DNA from: the human T2T-CHM13v2.0 reference genome, Homo sapiens
DNA length: 64,000 nucleotides
Direction: 5' to 3' (one strand)
Assembly (NCBI RefSeq): GCF_009914755.1
Contig: NC_060931.1
The translations under genes were made by a program, and so were the position numbers. The notes under the pieces are model-generated. The model ran no database searches. It was given only the letters and a program-made list of their open reading frames with translations, and was not told the origin of the DNA. Of this stretch, positions 46,507-59,280 are shown in pieces. The stretch's first letter is position 1; each line of letters starts with the position of its first letter.

Positions 46507-47560
46507 TCCCTTTTGCTCCCCAAATTTCATGTCTGTCCACATATAAAACATGTTCACCTCATCTCAACATCTCCAAAAGTCTCAGCCCATGATAACATCA
46601 GCACTAAGTCCAAAATCTCACCTAAATATTATCAGCTCCAAAGCCTCAGATCTTGTCATCTAAATCAGATATGGGTGAGACTATGGGTATAAATTATCCT
46701 GGGGCAGAAATTCCTCTCTATCTCTGGATCACGAACATAGAAAACAAGTTATCTACTTCCAAAGTAAAAGAGTGGGACAGGCATTGCGTATCCTTATGCA
46801 TGAATTGGGTTTACAATATATATCCTTATACATTCCTATTCAAAAAGAGAGAAATTGGAAGGAATAAAAAGGTTGTCAGTCCCAACTCTGAAATCTAGTA
46901 GGAGAAATTTAATTAAGTTTCAAGACCTAAGACTAATTATATGTGGCTTGATGCTTGCTATAGACAAAATGTTTGTGTCTCCCCAAAATTCCTGTGTTGA
47001 AATCCTAACCCCTACTATGATGGTATTAGGAGGTGGAAACTTTGGTGGGCGATTAGGTCATAAGGGTGGAGCCCCCATGAATGGGATTAGTGCCCTTATA
47101 AAAGAGACCCCCAAGAGTTCTCTAACCCCTCTGTCATATGAAGACAGTGAAAAGACAGCTGTCCATGAACCAGTAAGTGGGCCCTCACCAGGCACAGAAT
47201 CTTCTAGCACCTTGATCTTGCACTTTTCATCCTTTAGAACTGTCAGACGTAAATTTCTGTTGCTTATAAGCTACGCAGTCTATGGTAGTTTATCACAGCA
47301 GTCTGGGTGGACTAAGATGATGCTCCACTTGCTGGGGCCACAGCTCTAGCCTCTGAGTCTGCAGCAATGGCTCCATTAGCCTCTGGGCCTATGGCGGCAG
47401 CTCAGTCTGCTTCTGGGCTGTCCTCAGCAGCCCCAGCTGGCCTCTGTGCCACTCTGCCCTTAGAGTCATTCATCCTCTCTCAAAGGGTAGTACACATTTG
47501 TAGCTGAGTATCAGTCTGTTTCTGGCTGTAGAATCACAGAAGTCCTGTTTCAATCTTATC
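46507..47560 (-). mobile_element. MLT1-int (PPT-proximal part), interrupted by MLT1A0
   Basis: ccccaaatttcatgtc...aaacaagttatctacttccaa...cattcctattcaaaaagagagaaattgg. Confidence 0.75.
46956..47319 (+). mobile_element. MLT1A0 solo LTR
   Basis: Typical MLT1A0 body; 5-bp TSD atgct 46951-46955 / 47320-47324. Confidence 0.9.
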
Positions 47561-47605
47561 TTTTATGAGTTCTAAGTTTTATATCCTTCTTAAAAAGGCC
47601 TTTTT

Positions 47606-47891
47606 GGACAGGTGCGGTGGCTCACACCTGTAATCCCAGAACTTTGGGAGGCTGAGTCGGGAGGATTTCTTGAGTCCAGCAGTGCAAGACCTCCCTGGCC
47701 AACATGGTGAAACCCCATCTCTACTAAAAATACAAAAATTAACCAGGTGTGGTGGCATGCGCCTGTAATCCCAGCTACTCAGAAGGATTGCTTGATCCTG
47801 AAGGAGATGGAGGATGCAGTGAGCCGAGATTGCTAGCCACTGCACTCCAGCCTAGGTGACAGAGGGATACCCTGTTTCAAAAAAAAAAAAA
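47606..47891 (+). mobile_element. AluS
   Basis: TSD aaaaggccttttt on both sides. Confidence 0.9.
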
Positions 47892-48135
47892 AAAAGGCCT
47901 TTTTAACTATAAAGGTATATGTGATTCCACATTTTCTTCTCATGCTTTACAATTCTGTTTTTTATAACCATTCCTAGGGAATTTATTCTCGTACATCATT
48001 TAAGGATGAGATAAAGCTGTGGTTTCCCAATCAGTAGCTAGTTATCTGGCCCTATTGATCCTATTGATTGATCAATGCCTTATTTATCTATAATATGCCA
48101 GTTTTATCATATATATGAATATTTGAGGTAATGCC

Positions 48136-48275
48136 TTTTTTTTTTTTTTTTAAAGAGATGAGGTCTTGCTATGTTGCCCAGGCTGGTCTCTTAACTTCTG
48201 GGTTCAAGTGATTCTCTCATCTCAGCATTTCAGCCTCTGGAGTAGCTGGGACTACAGGCATGTACCACGATTCCT
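48136..48275 (-). mobile_element. FLAM-like Alu monomer
   Basis: Reverse monomer with T tail. Confidence 0.75.
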
Positions 48276-48979
48276 GAGTTGATTTAATGACATTTTAACA
48301 GAATCCTCCCTCCCTCTCTCTCTCTTTCTCTAAATATGGGTGTGAGCTCTCAGCCAATGGGAATTCGTGTGTAGTGTGACGAACTGTATAAAACAGTTCT
48401 CAGGCAATAAGCATAAGAACACTATAGCCTCAGCTAGGAGGCCCACTGCTTAGCTACCATAGGGTGAATATGTTCTGCAGCATGTGTTATTTACTATTCA
48501 ATGGGCTGTCTTTTGTTTATTTTGTATTTTGTAGAGAAGTTTGTCCCAAATGACTGATTAAGCATGTGGAAATAATAATGTTGAATATGCTTCATATAAG
48601 CAAGAAAATAGTGTTACAATGGGTCTTAAAAGTAGAAGCCTTGGAGAGGCTTTTGAAGAGGCACTTTCCAGGATGCAATCAAGGAAGCAGAAGGTTAAGA
48701 CCATGGAGAAACTAGATATTGGTAAGTGCTAACTGACATTAAAAAGGCCATCCTAAGCATCACTGTGATCTAGATTGACCAACAATTGTATGAAGATAGC
48801 TAGGAAAAAACTAAGGTAGTAGTCTCATCCCCACTTCGGAGACTCTGAGTAGACCGCAGAAGTGGTTGCCAAGGCAGGATATCAGGAAAGCATCTCCATA
48901 GGGACTTTGTGATAGCAATTCTCTGATAGAGTTGATTCAGTTATGTACCTCTTTCCAGTAACACAGTCCCTCCACTAAA

Positions 48980-51470
48980 TAGGGTATGTGTGTACTAAAT
49001 TCCTGTAAGTATACATGAGTCTGTTTCAGGAATATACATTCTGCAATATTAATTTATGTGTCCATTCCTGCATCAATACCACATTTTAATCACTGTAGCT
49101 TTGAAATGTTTTAATGTATTGTGACACAGAAAAGATGTTGAATATTTTTGCTTATTTACTTTTCCAGATGAACTTTAAAATAAGCTTGTGTCAAATTCTC
49201 TTATCTTAAAAATCCCTTTGGCCAGGTACAGTGCCTCACACCTATAATCTCAGCACTTTGGGAGGCCGAGAAGGACAGACCGCTTGAGGTCAAGAGTTGA
49301 AGACCAGCAAGGCCAACATGGTGAAATCCCGTTTCTACTGAAAAAAAAAATACAAAAATTAGCAGGGCGTCGTAGCAGACACCTATAATCCCAGCTAGTG
49401 GGGAGGCTGACGCAGGGGAATCACTTGAACCCAGGAGGCGGAGGTGCAGTGAGCCAAGATTGGGCCACTACCCTCCAGCTTGGGTGACAGAGGGAGACTC
49501 TGACAAAAAAAAAAAAAAAAAAAATCCCTTTAAGATTTTGATTAGGTTCACACTGACTTGATAGGAAACTATCATGTTTGCAATATTGTTCTTCCTATCC
49601 AAGTTTATAATGTACTTATTCAGGTATTTTCTATATCCTTTGGCAACATTTTTTCATACAAATCCTACAGTTTTGGGATTTATTACTGGTCATGTTGTAG
49701 ATTTTATTGTTTTAGGCTGTGGAAACATTTCTTTCAATTATGTTTTAAAATTATATTTTACTGGTATTTAGGAAAGATGTCATTTTATCTTACATACTTT
49801 CACTTTACTGACCTCTCTTATGAATTCTGAGTTTTTCTTTTGATTGTTGGATTTTTTGTTGGCAATCATGACATCTTCAAATAATGAAAGTTTTGGCTCT
49901 TTCCTTCTGGTATTGATACCTCTCTTTTTTTCCTTGCCTCTTTCCCATTGGTTTAGAAATTTAATGGGAATGTTTTCAATGTTTCATCATTAAGTATGTC
50001 CTTAATTAGGTCTATACCAGATTTTCTCTAGCAGGTCAAGCAAGGTTTGTTCTATTCCTATTTTACTGATAGTTTTATTTTTTCATAATATTGTTAAGAT
50101 GATAGTAGTAATGCTACTATACTATATATAGTCTACATACATTTCTTTAAGAAATTTATTAAGACTTTTTATGACCTATTATGTATTTTTTCTTTTTAAA
50201 AAATCTTTAAAACCTGTGAAACCTGTTATATTTGCTTCATGCATACTTGAAATGTAAATTATGTTTAATTTCTATATTAAGTTGTGATAATGGAGTCATT
50301 TAAACCCTATAATACCTTTTCTTGATAACTTATGAGAGTTTTATCAAAATTTCCTTCTTTGATTATGATGATTGTGCGTTTCCATTTCTTCTTATATTCT
50401 CGCTGATTCACTTTTCTTTTTCTATTTCCATGTTGAGTTGTTAGGTAGATAAAGATTCATGATGATTATAACTTATTGGTGGGTTTAATCAGCAAAGCAC
50501 ATTCCACTTTTGTTTTGACTAAATCTATCATTGCTTGTTTCTTTTTGTTACCATTTACTTTGTATATTTTCTCTATCTCTTTATACCAAACTTTTTAGAT
50601 GTGTGTCCTATAAATAGCATATTATTAGGTATTTTAGCTACCCAATCTAATAATGTATCTTTTACAAAATTAACCTATTGACTTTTGTGATAGTATATAT
50701 TGGGTACTTTATCTTTGCTATGTTTTCTTTCTTTATTTCCTATCTTCAGCTCAATTTGTTGAGTTTTGCTTATTCCCCCCCACCCCCCTGCTCCACCTTC
50801 TTTTTCTTTCTAGGAGTTTGGAAGTTATTTATCCCATTCTTTTCTTCTCTGGCTTGCTCCTTGCCCTTGAATTTTAGAAAATACCTTATTTAAACTCAGG
50901 TTTTTCTATAATGTGAATGATTGTTGTTAATAACCTCCATCCAAAACTAGACAAGATCCTTAATAAATTTACACTAACCCTAACTCCTCCCAGCCTCAAA
51001 ATTGCTTCATGATGTGGCCCAATTTTATGTGAGTTTTACCTTAATAACGGCCATAATCTTTACAGTAACTTCATAAAAATTATTTTTCTGTCAGTGTCAC
51101 TTCTTTTTTTGCTTACCACCATCTCTTTTATTCTATGTGTTCTTCTTGGCTGTATATATTTTTTGTTTTCAGTATCTCCAAGAAGTACTTTCAGGAAACA
51201 CTAGTGGTAGTAGTTTCTGAGTCCCTTAATATTGTCTTCATATGTCAATGATAGTTTGGCTAAGCACAGAAATTTAGGTGAAAAATAATATTCCTTTAGA
51301 ACTGTGAGGAAATTATTCCATTTTGCTTACAGCCCAAGCGTTCAAATGAAAAATTTAAAGCAATCTGAATATTGTTTCTTTAAAACTTTCTTGTTTTTGT
51401 TTTACTCTTTAGAAATTCTTAGTGATTTTTTCTTGGAGATCAGAAATTTCACATGATAAATCTAGGTATG
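48980..51470 (-). mobile_element. Highly diverged ancient L1M fragments
   Basis: T-rich sequence with residual L1 ORF2-like words (ttttccagatgaacttt, gacatcttcaaataatgaaagtttt). Confidence 0.5.
49220..49519 (+). mobile_element. AluSx
   Basis: TSD aaaaatcccttt on both sides. Confidence 0.92.
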
Positions 51471-51498
51471 GTGCTCTGCACCACCCCTCTCCACCCCA

Positions 51499-52512
51499 CA
51501 CATATATGCAGATATTTTATTGGTTTTCCCTAAAAAGGACAATAACAACATTTTAAAAATATAAATCTGAGGTCATTTGAGGGGCCAACAAAATACAAGG
51601 AAGGGAGATAAAAATTAAATGTTTAAATTTAACAAAAGTCACTACAATGTCACCTAACATCTACTACAATGGTGGTAATAAACTAAGGAAGATTAAGTTA
51701 CAGCAAAAATAACTAATATAAATATTAGAGATTACATAGCAAAAAGTGGGTTTGCCTTCCAGAAGACTATGGTACCCTGACCATTTGGGGCCCAGTAGGA
51801 TATTTAGCAATGAAAAGGTCAAGATGGGTGGAGGTAAAGCTAAATCAAAAGGAACAGGTATAACTGAGAATCCAAGATAGATAGTGTCCAAATAGATGGT
51901 GACAGATCAATCTTCCTCCTCTCAAGAAGCATTTACTGTACTTGTTGCTTCCTCTCAAGATCCCAATGGCTGCTCAAGCTGAAAGTTGCCTATTCCTGCT
52001 GTTGAGGGTGTTCAGCAACCAGAATTAATTTTGTGGTGGCTCAGGGCTCTTGCTGCAACTGAGCATCGAACTTGGAGAATTTGTGACACAAAGTGGGGGT
52101 TTGGGGCAGGGGGTAGATTGGGTGGCTTTATTGCTAGTTGTTCTGAAAAAAGAAAACTCCGAAGCATTTACATGTAAGCTTTCCAACCACTTTCAAACAC
52201 CTCTACAAAACACCCTCAGAAGTCTGAAATCTTTGCAGCAGAAGGGCTGTAGTTAAAGCTGCTGGGCTAACAAAATCATCAAAGAAGCCAGATGAGACAA
52301 CCCAGTCAGGAAATCCTAGTGATTATTCTTAACCTGTTTTTCCCTAATTTAAGGTAAACTCTTATATACCTGATGTGGGATGTAGAAAGTTACACTGGAG
52401 CAAGCTGGATCTTCTGCTGAACTTTTAATCAAACCTAAGAAAAAATAAAGGCAAGGTTTGTTTTTATTAATCTTATTTTATTTTAAAATAGCATAACCTA
52501 GAAGTTATTCTG
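51499..52512 (-). other. Retrocopied PRPS1 3' UTR (proximal AATAAA at 52482-52477 and 52468-52463; distal AATAAA at 51521-51516)
   Basis: AATAAA hexamers seen in sequence; ~1 kb non-repeat segment resembling the recalled PRPS1 3' UTR (e.g. gcttgctccagtgta.ctttctacatcccacatcaggtatat). Confidence 0.7.
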
Positions 52513-53610
<1,098 letters not shown>

Positions 53611-55614
53611 TTGACCCTGGGTCTCTTGAAAAAATTTCTGCTTGCCACCTCCCACTTCACACTTTTAGACTAAATAATCAAGTATTTACAGTGTATGGAG
53701 TTTTTTTCTATTAGCACCTATATTAGTTTCACAGGGCTATTTAAACAAATTTGAATGCATAAAAACATAAAACTACAAAGCAAAACCCAAGTTTAAAAGG
53801 AAAATTACCTACTAAAGTATATGCAAAAGATTATTTTAGAAAGAATTTCCCCAATGAAGTGAGAAAAAGACAATAAAATAGAAAGTTGAAAAATGGCATA
53901 AATAGGCAATCACAGTAAAAAAAAAATGGATAAGAAACGTGAAACAATGGAAGTAATCAAGAAAACGCTATTTTCACACATCAAGTAGCCAAAATGTTAA
54001 GATAAGGTCTTCTATTCGGATGGAATGTATAAATATGTAGATTTTGCATGGGTAATTTTGCACATAAACTTTGACTCATCATGTATACTTCTAGGAATCT
54101 ATTTCAGAGAAATTTTCACAAGCACCCCAAATATATATGGCTACATAGTAGTGTAGCTGTATTCATTCATGCAATAAATATTTTGTGAACACCTCCTATA
54201 TGTCAGGTATTATACTACTTCTAGGGTATAAAAATTGTGCATGACAAATAGTAATTGCCCTAGAATTGTTTATAAAAGCAAAATATGGGAACCAACAAAT
54301 GTTCATCAATAGGTAAATTACCAAATAATTTATTGTATATACATATGCGACCATTAAATAGATTAAGTGTAATCATGTGGAAATGTCTCCTAGGTATTTT
54401 TTTAAAGGTAAAGTCAGTCACAAAAATATCATAGTATTATATTTATGTATTTAAGATTATGTGATACTGAAAGCATCCAATTAGCATGGAAGTCCTCTTT
54501 ATAATAATTACCTTTGGAGAGGGGAGTAGGTTGTGAGAGTTGAGAATGAAGGAGGACTGTTACATTTTACTGCTATCAGTGTGGCATTTGAACATTTATT
54601 ACTTTTGTAGTAAAAATGATGAACAAAATGTATTTGGTAATTAAATGTTTGTTAGCAAATTTTAAGTATACAGCTTCTATGGCGTATCGGGGCTGGAAAT
54701 AGTGAGGAAGGAGGCAGAAAGGACCATAGATGCCAATGATTTCATAAAAATAATGGAGGCATCAGATACAGATCAACCATTTATATCTTGCTAATTGTGT
54801 GCCTGACATTTGGATACCAGGGTGTTTTTATTTAGCCTAAAACCAAATCATCATTTTTTTCATATTGTAAGATAACCAAATAATTTAAGAGATTTTCTCA
54901 CCACACTTCTGGGCTTCCTTAATGTGTTGGGTTCATGAATAGGATAAACTCAGAAATGGGATAAGAAATGGGGTAGGCAACAAAGATGGGTAAGATTCAG
55001 CAATGTCTGTGAAAAACATTACTTAGCTATAAAAAGGTAGTTTTATATATTGAATGAGGTATTATTATAAACTCAAATAAACAGCTATGTTTTAAATTTT
55101 ACACCAAAATGGCTTGCTGCTGATCCAATCATTTCTCTCCTGGCATCAACATGGTTTTCTCTCTAGTTCAGCCTCTTCCTGGTTGACAGTGTATGCCAGC
55201 CCATTTCTGTCCATAACCCTTCATTCATATTCTTTTTATCACACACACAAAAAATCAACAGACCTACCTATACCACATAATTCTCACCCTTAGCCAGACT
55301 ACATAAAGTGATTTCTAAAAATCCCGTGGCTTAATTTAGAAGCACTAATAGTATTTGTAGTTTCAATTTATTTTTCTCTTACTATTCTGTGTGTCACACA
55401 TTTTTCAGTGTTGTTTAAAAAACAAAACAGATTCTAAACAGGTTTAATATTACCTAAATAGGATTAAATGCTAATGTGAACATTTAAAACCCATACTTGG
55501 TTGCATTTTCCTTGAGGTGTTAAGGAGGAGAAATTTTTGTCTTGCTGCTATTTTTGTTTCAAGCTCTAGCTGTTGCTACATGTTATAGTTCCAGAAATTT
55601 GTCTACAGTCATAA

Positions 55615-55795
55615 AATGTTAAAGATAGATATGGCCTTAGAGACCACCTAGTCTGATTATCACACTTCACTGACAGGGAACTAAGGCTCAGAGAAATGAA
55701 GTAACCTGCCTGGGATCTATCAGCTAAATAGAGGCAGAGTGTGGATTAGAATGTGGGACTCCTGAATTTCCAAGTAGGGCCTTATCAACTATACA
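55615..55795. mobile_element. MIR/MIR3
   Basis: gggaactaaggctcagagaaatgaagtaacctgcc core. Confidence 0.75.
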
Positions 55796-56314
55796 CTTTC
55801 AAGCCTTTTCTTTGAGATTTATCAGAATAAAGGAAAAATTTAAAAGTACTACAAAATATTTGCATTTTTTTTCTCTTTTACCAAGCAACTACAATAAAGA
55901 ACATAATCCCAAACATGAGACTGGAAAGTTTTTTGCTTTCAAAACAAAAACTTTTCCCAGAAAGAAATGAACCATTAGTAGTGTCAGGGAAGTAGCTTTG
56001 TTATTCTGACATTTCTGTTACCTACCTGGTCTATTGCAAGGGGATTTAGCGTCTGTTTACTTTGGTCTCTGTAGGTTGAGAGGGACATCTGTTTTATCAT
56101 TGGCTGCATTTCACAAGTTACAGGTAGGAATGATGCCTATTGAATAGTATCTTCTATTAAGGACATTGTTTCTTAAATTATTCTGGAAACAAAAATTGCG
56201 ATATAGAGACAATGCCTTATCTTTCTCCTTCCCAAGGCAAGCATATTTAAATGTCATCTCTATGGATCTGTGAGAATTACTGTATTTTGAAGGTCTTTTG
56301 AGTCAATACCCAGA

Positions 56315-56353
<39 letters not shown>

Positions 56354-56360
56354 TATATAT
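56315..56360. repeat. (AT)n(AC)n compound microsatellite
   Basis: Directly visible. Confidence 0.95.
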
Positions 56361-57567
56361 AAAACCTTGGTAATAGTTTCTTGCTTTACCGATTATTCTT
56401 TTACCCTTCACAATTCCAACATAAATAATTCAAAGAGAGCTCTGATGCAGCTTATCAGCTAGAGAAAAAAGAAATTCAGTCAGTTCTTTCAGAAAGTGAA
56501 GAAAAATGGATGTTGTATTTTAAATGAAATAAATGCTTTCACTAAACATACTTGCAGTTGACAAAATGCTAGATGTTTAGGTGGCAATTATAGTTTTTTG
56601 ATAAACTGTCAAATCTTGTCACAACACATGTTACAAACAAGGACAGATTTAGATGTCCTTTATGACAGCTTTGTGTAGGTTGGGAATGTTTGGCAGTTAA
56701 TTTCAAACGAGGAACATATTTTTCTTTCCAGCAGTTATCTGCTGGTTTATTAGGCAGAGTTTCTTTGTGCCTTTAATCTTAACTCATTTGACTCACAGTT
56801 CCAGATCATTATTGTAACATTACTTTACCTCATTTATTTTATTCATAATAATCATCCACAATACTTTGGGAAAACAATTTCCTACAAAGCTTCACATTGA
56901 TATAAATGCTTTAAGGTTTGTTTTGTGATTGTTTATGATTAAAGTTGACTACTCTGAGTGTTTACTGAGCTTTTGGTTGGAAATCTGTCGTTTTAAACAA
57001 TAAATGTGTATATAGCAACTAAATAAAGCTGAGTGAAACAAATAGAATAGGAGAAATTTTTGTGATTCAGAAATGTGGCTTTAATTCTGAGTGTTATGTT
57101 AGACTCATGAGGGTATTTTTGAAATGTACTTTGGAATTAAAAAAAACTTTCTGGTGAACTTAAAAATCTTAGCATAAAATAATAATCTTGGAATGACAGC
57201 AAGGTTACACGAGCTGAATATGTCATTGTAAAAGACAAACGAACATATAGAGAGGTTCCATAAGTAGTAAATTGCAAATAAGAAAATATCTTTTCAATAT
57301 TTCTGTGAAATATTTTAAAGTATTTCAAAGCAGTTTTTGATAATGAATATTTTGTTTCTCACATGCAATGTTAGTCTCATGAAATTAAAAAAAGATATGT
57401 TTATTTTGACAAAATGCAAGCTTCATTTACGCTATTTAAACCCCTTTAAAAAGACAGTTTTTCCCTCCTCAAAATTGGCCATTTATTTAATTCTAACAAT
57501 AAACATTGAGACTACTTGTGTACTCGCCTATGGGAAAATTGAGTACCGTTTGTTTTGGAATGGTTCT

Positions 57568-57745
57568 GCAATTCTCAAACTTCAGAGCATCAGGATCACT
57601 GGGAGGATTTGTTAGAATACAGATTCCCAAGCTCCATCTTCAGAGTTTCTCATCAGTAGGCCTGGGGTGGAGGCCCAGAGTTTGTGTTTCTAACAAGACA
57701 CTAGACAAGACTGATGCTGTTGTTCTGTTGATACGTTTGAGAATC
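57568..57745. mobile_element. MER5A
   Basis: ttctcaaactt..gagcatcaggatcactgggagg...agtaggcctggggtgg...tttctaacaag. Confidence 0.8.
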
Positions 57746-57759
57746 TATTTCATTTTATC

Positions 57760-59280
57760 TAAATTTATTGGCTAGATGCTTTCCATAAGATCCTCCTATT
57801 ATATTTTTAGTGTCTGCAACATCTTTAGTACAATTCCCTTTGTCATTTCTGGTATTAGATTTGTGTAATTATTCTCTTTCTTTTTGATCAATTTCACCAG
57901 CAGTCTATTAATTTCATCAGCCCTTTCTAAAAAACCTAATGTTTTGATGTATACCTAATGGTTGATGTATCATACTTCAGTGGCTGCTTGTTTTTAACTT
58001 TATTGACTTCAAGATTATTTACTATTTACTTTCATCTCAACTTTGAGTTTATTTTGCTGTCCCTTTTCTAATTTGAAATGTGTGCTTAGCTTACTATTTA
58101 TCACTAGTAAAGCTATATATTTTTCCTCTAAGTACTATTTTACCTGAAGTTTTATGTGTAGTATTTTTGTTATTGTTCAGATAAGGCCAGTTTCCAATTT
58201 GGATAGCAATTTCTTCATTTCAGGGGTTATTTTAAAGTTTATTTCTTAATTTACAAATACACGGGGCATTTCTAGATATTTCGTTGTTTTGGGTTTCTTG
58301 CTTAATCACACACCAAAGGACATGTTCTTTGTGATTTTAGTCCTTTGAAATCTGCTGCAACTGTTCTTATGGTCCTCCATGGTCACTTTTCATAAATATT
58401 TTGTGTGTGCTGAAGAAGAAATGTACTCTTGAGTGGATAGGTGCGATATACATATTCATGCATTAGATCTGGGATCTGGTTTGTTTGTAGTATTATTTAC
58501 ATCTTCTATAGCTTTACTGAATTTTTTGTCTGCTTTATCAAATACTGAAAGAAATAGGTTTCCACAGTGACTGTTGGTATATATCGATTTCTCCTTACAT
58601 AGCCCTTTGTTATTTCTCTTTATATTTTGAGGCTCAGTAGTTACCGAAATTTAATTTGTCATAACTTTTTGAGGAACTATGATATTATTTTAAGGTAACA
58701 GTTATTTTTTTTCTAGTAATGCCTTTTGCCTTAAATTCTATTTTGTCTGGTGATTATTTTATTATATTAGCTATCTTTTTAGATAGCATTTGGTTTATTT
58801 TCTTATTTTTTAGTTTCAATCTTATTGCATGTTTATGTATTAAATGTGTTGCTTATAAATAGGATATGGTTAGATTTTATTGTATCTCCTAATCAAAGTT
58901 ATAAGTTAATGAATACCTTTCCCCTCCTCTCAGAAAATGCAAAGATCTTCATGTCATTTAACTTCATTTATTCCCTCCTGATATAAATAGTAGCAGCCAG
59001 CTATTATCATTTTGTCTCTTTTCTTTCTTCCTTTCTTCTTTTCTTTCTTTTACTTCCACATTCACATTATTATTATTAATATTTTATACAATCAGTGTCC
59101 CTTTAGATATATGTACCTATGTTTTACTGTCTTTGGTCCTCTTTTATTATCTTAAGGCTTTTATTTGGCATGACTTTTCTTCTGCTTAAAGTATATCCTT
59201 ACAAATTTTCTAGGTGCTACTAGTGAAACACTCCATTTTTTCCTTTTTTTCTGATAACATCTTCATTCCACCCTCATTCT
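57760..59280 (-). mobile_element. Ancient L1M fragments
   Basis: Diverged L1 EN-region-like words (tttttcctctaagtact.tttta, gtcctttgaaatctgctg). Confidence 0.55.

Noticed and set aside
46855-47349. 164-aa ORF
   Set aside because: Lies almost entirely in the MLT1A0 LTR, non-ATG start, no protein motif
56360-57550. Possible exon or conserved element upstream of PRPS1L1
   Set aside because: No convincing ORF, splice pair or motif cluster visible; needs conservation data
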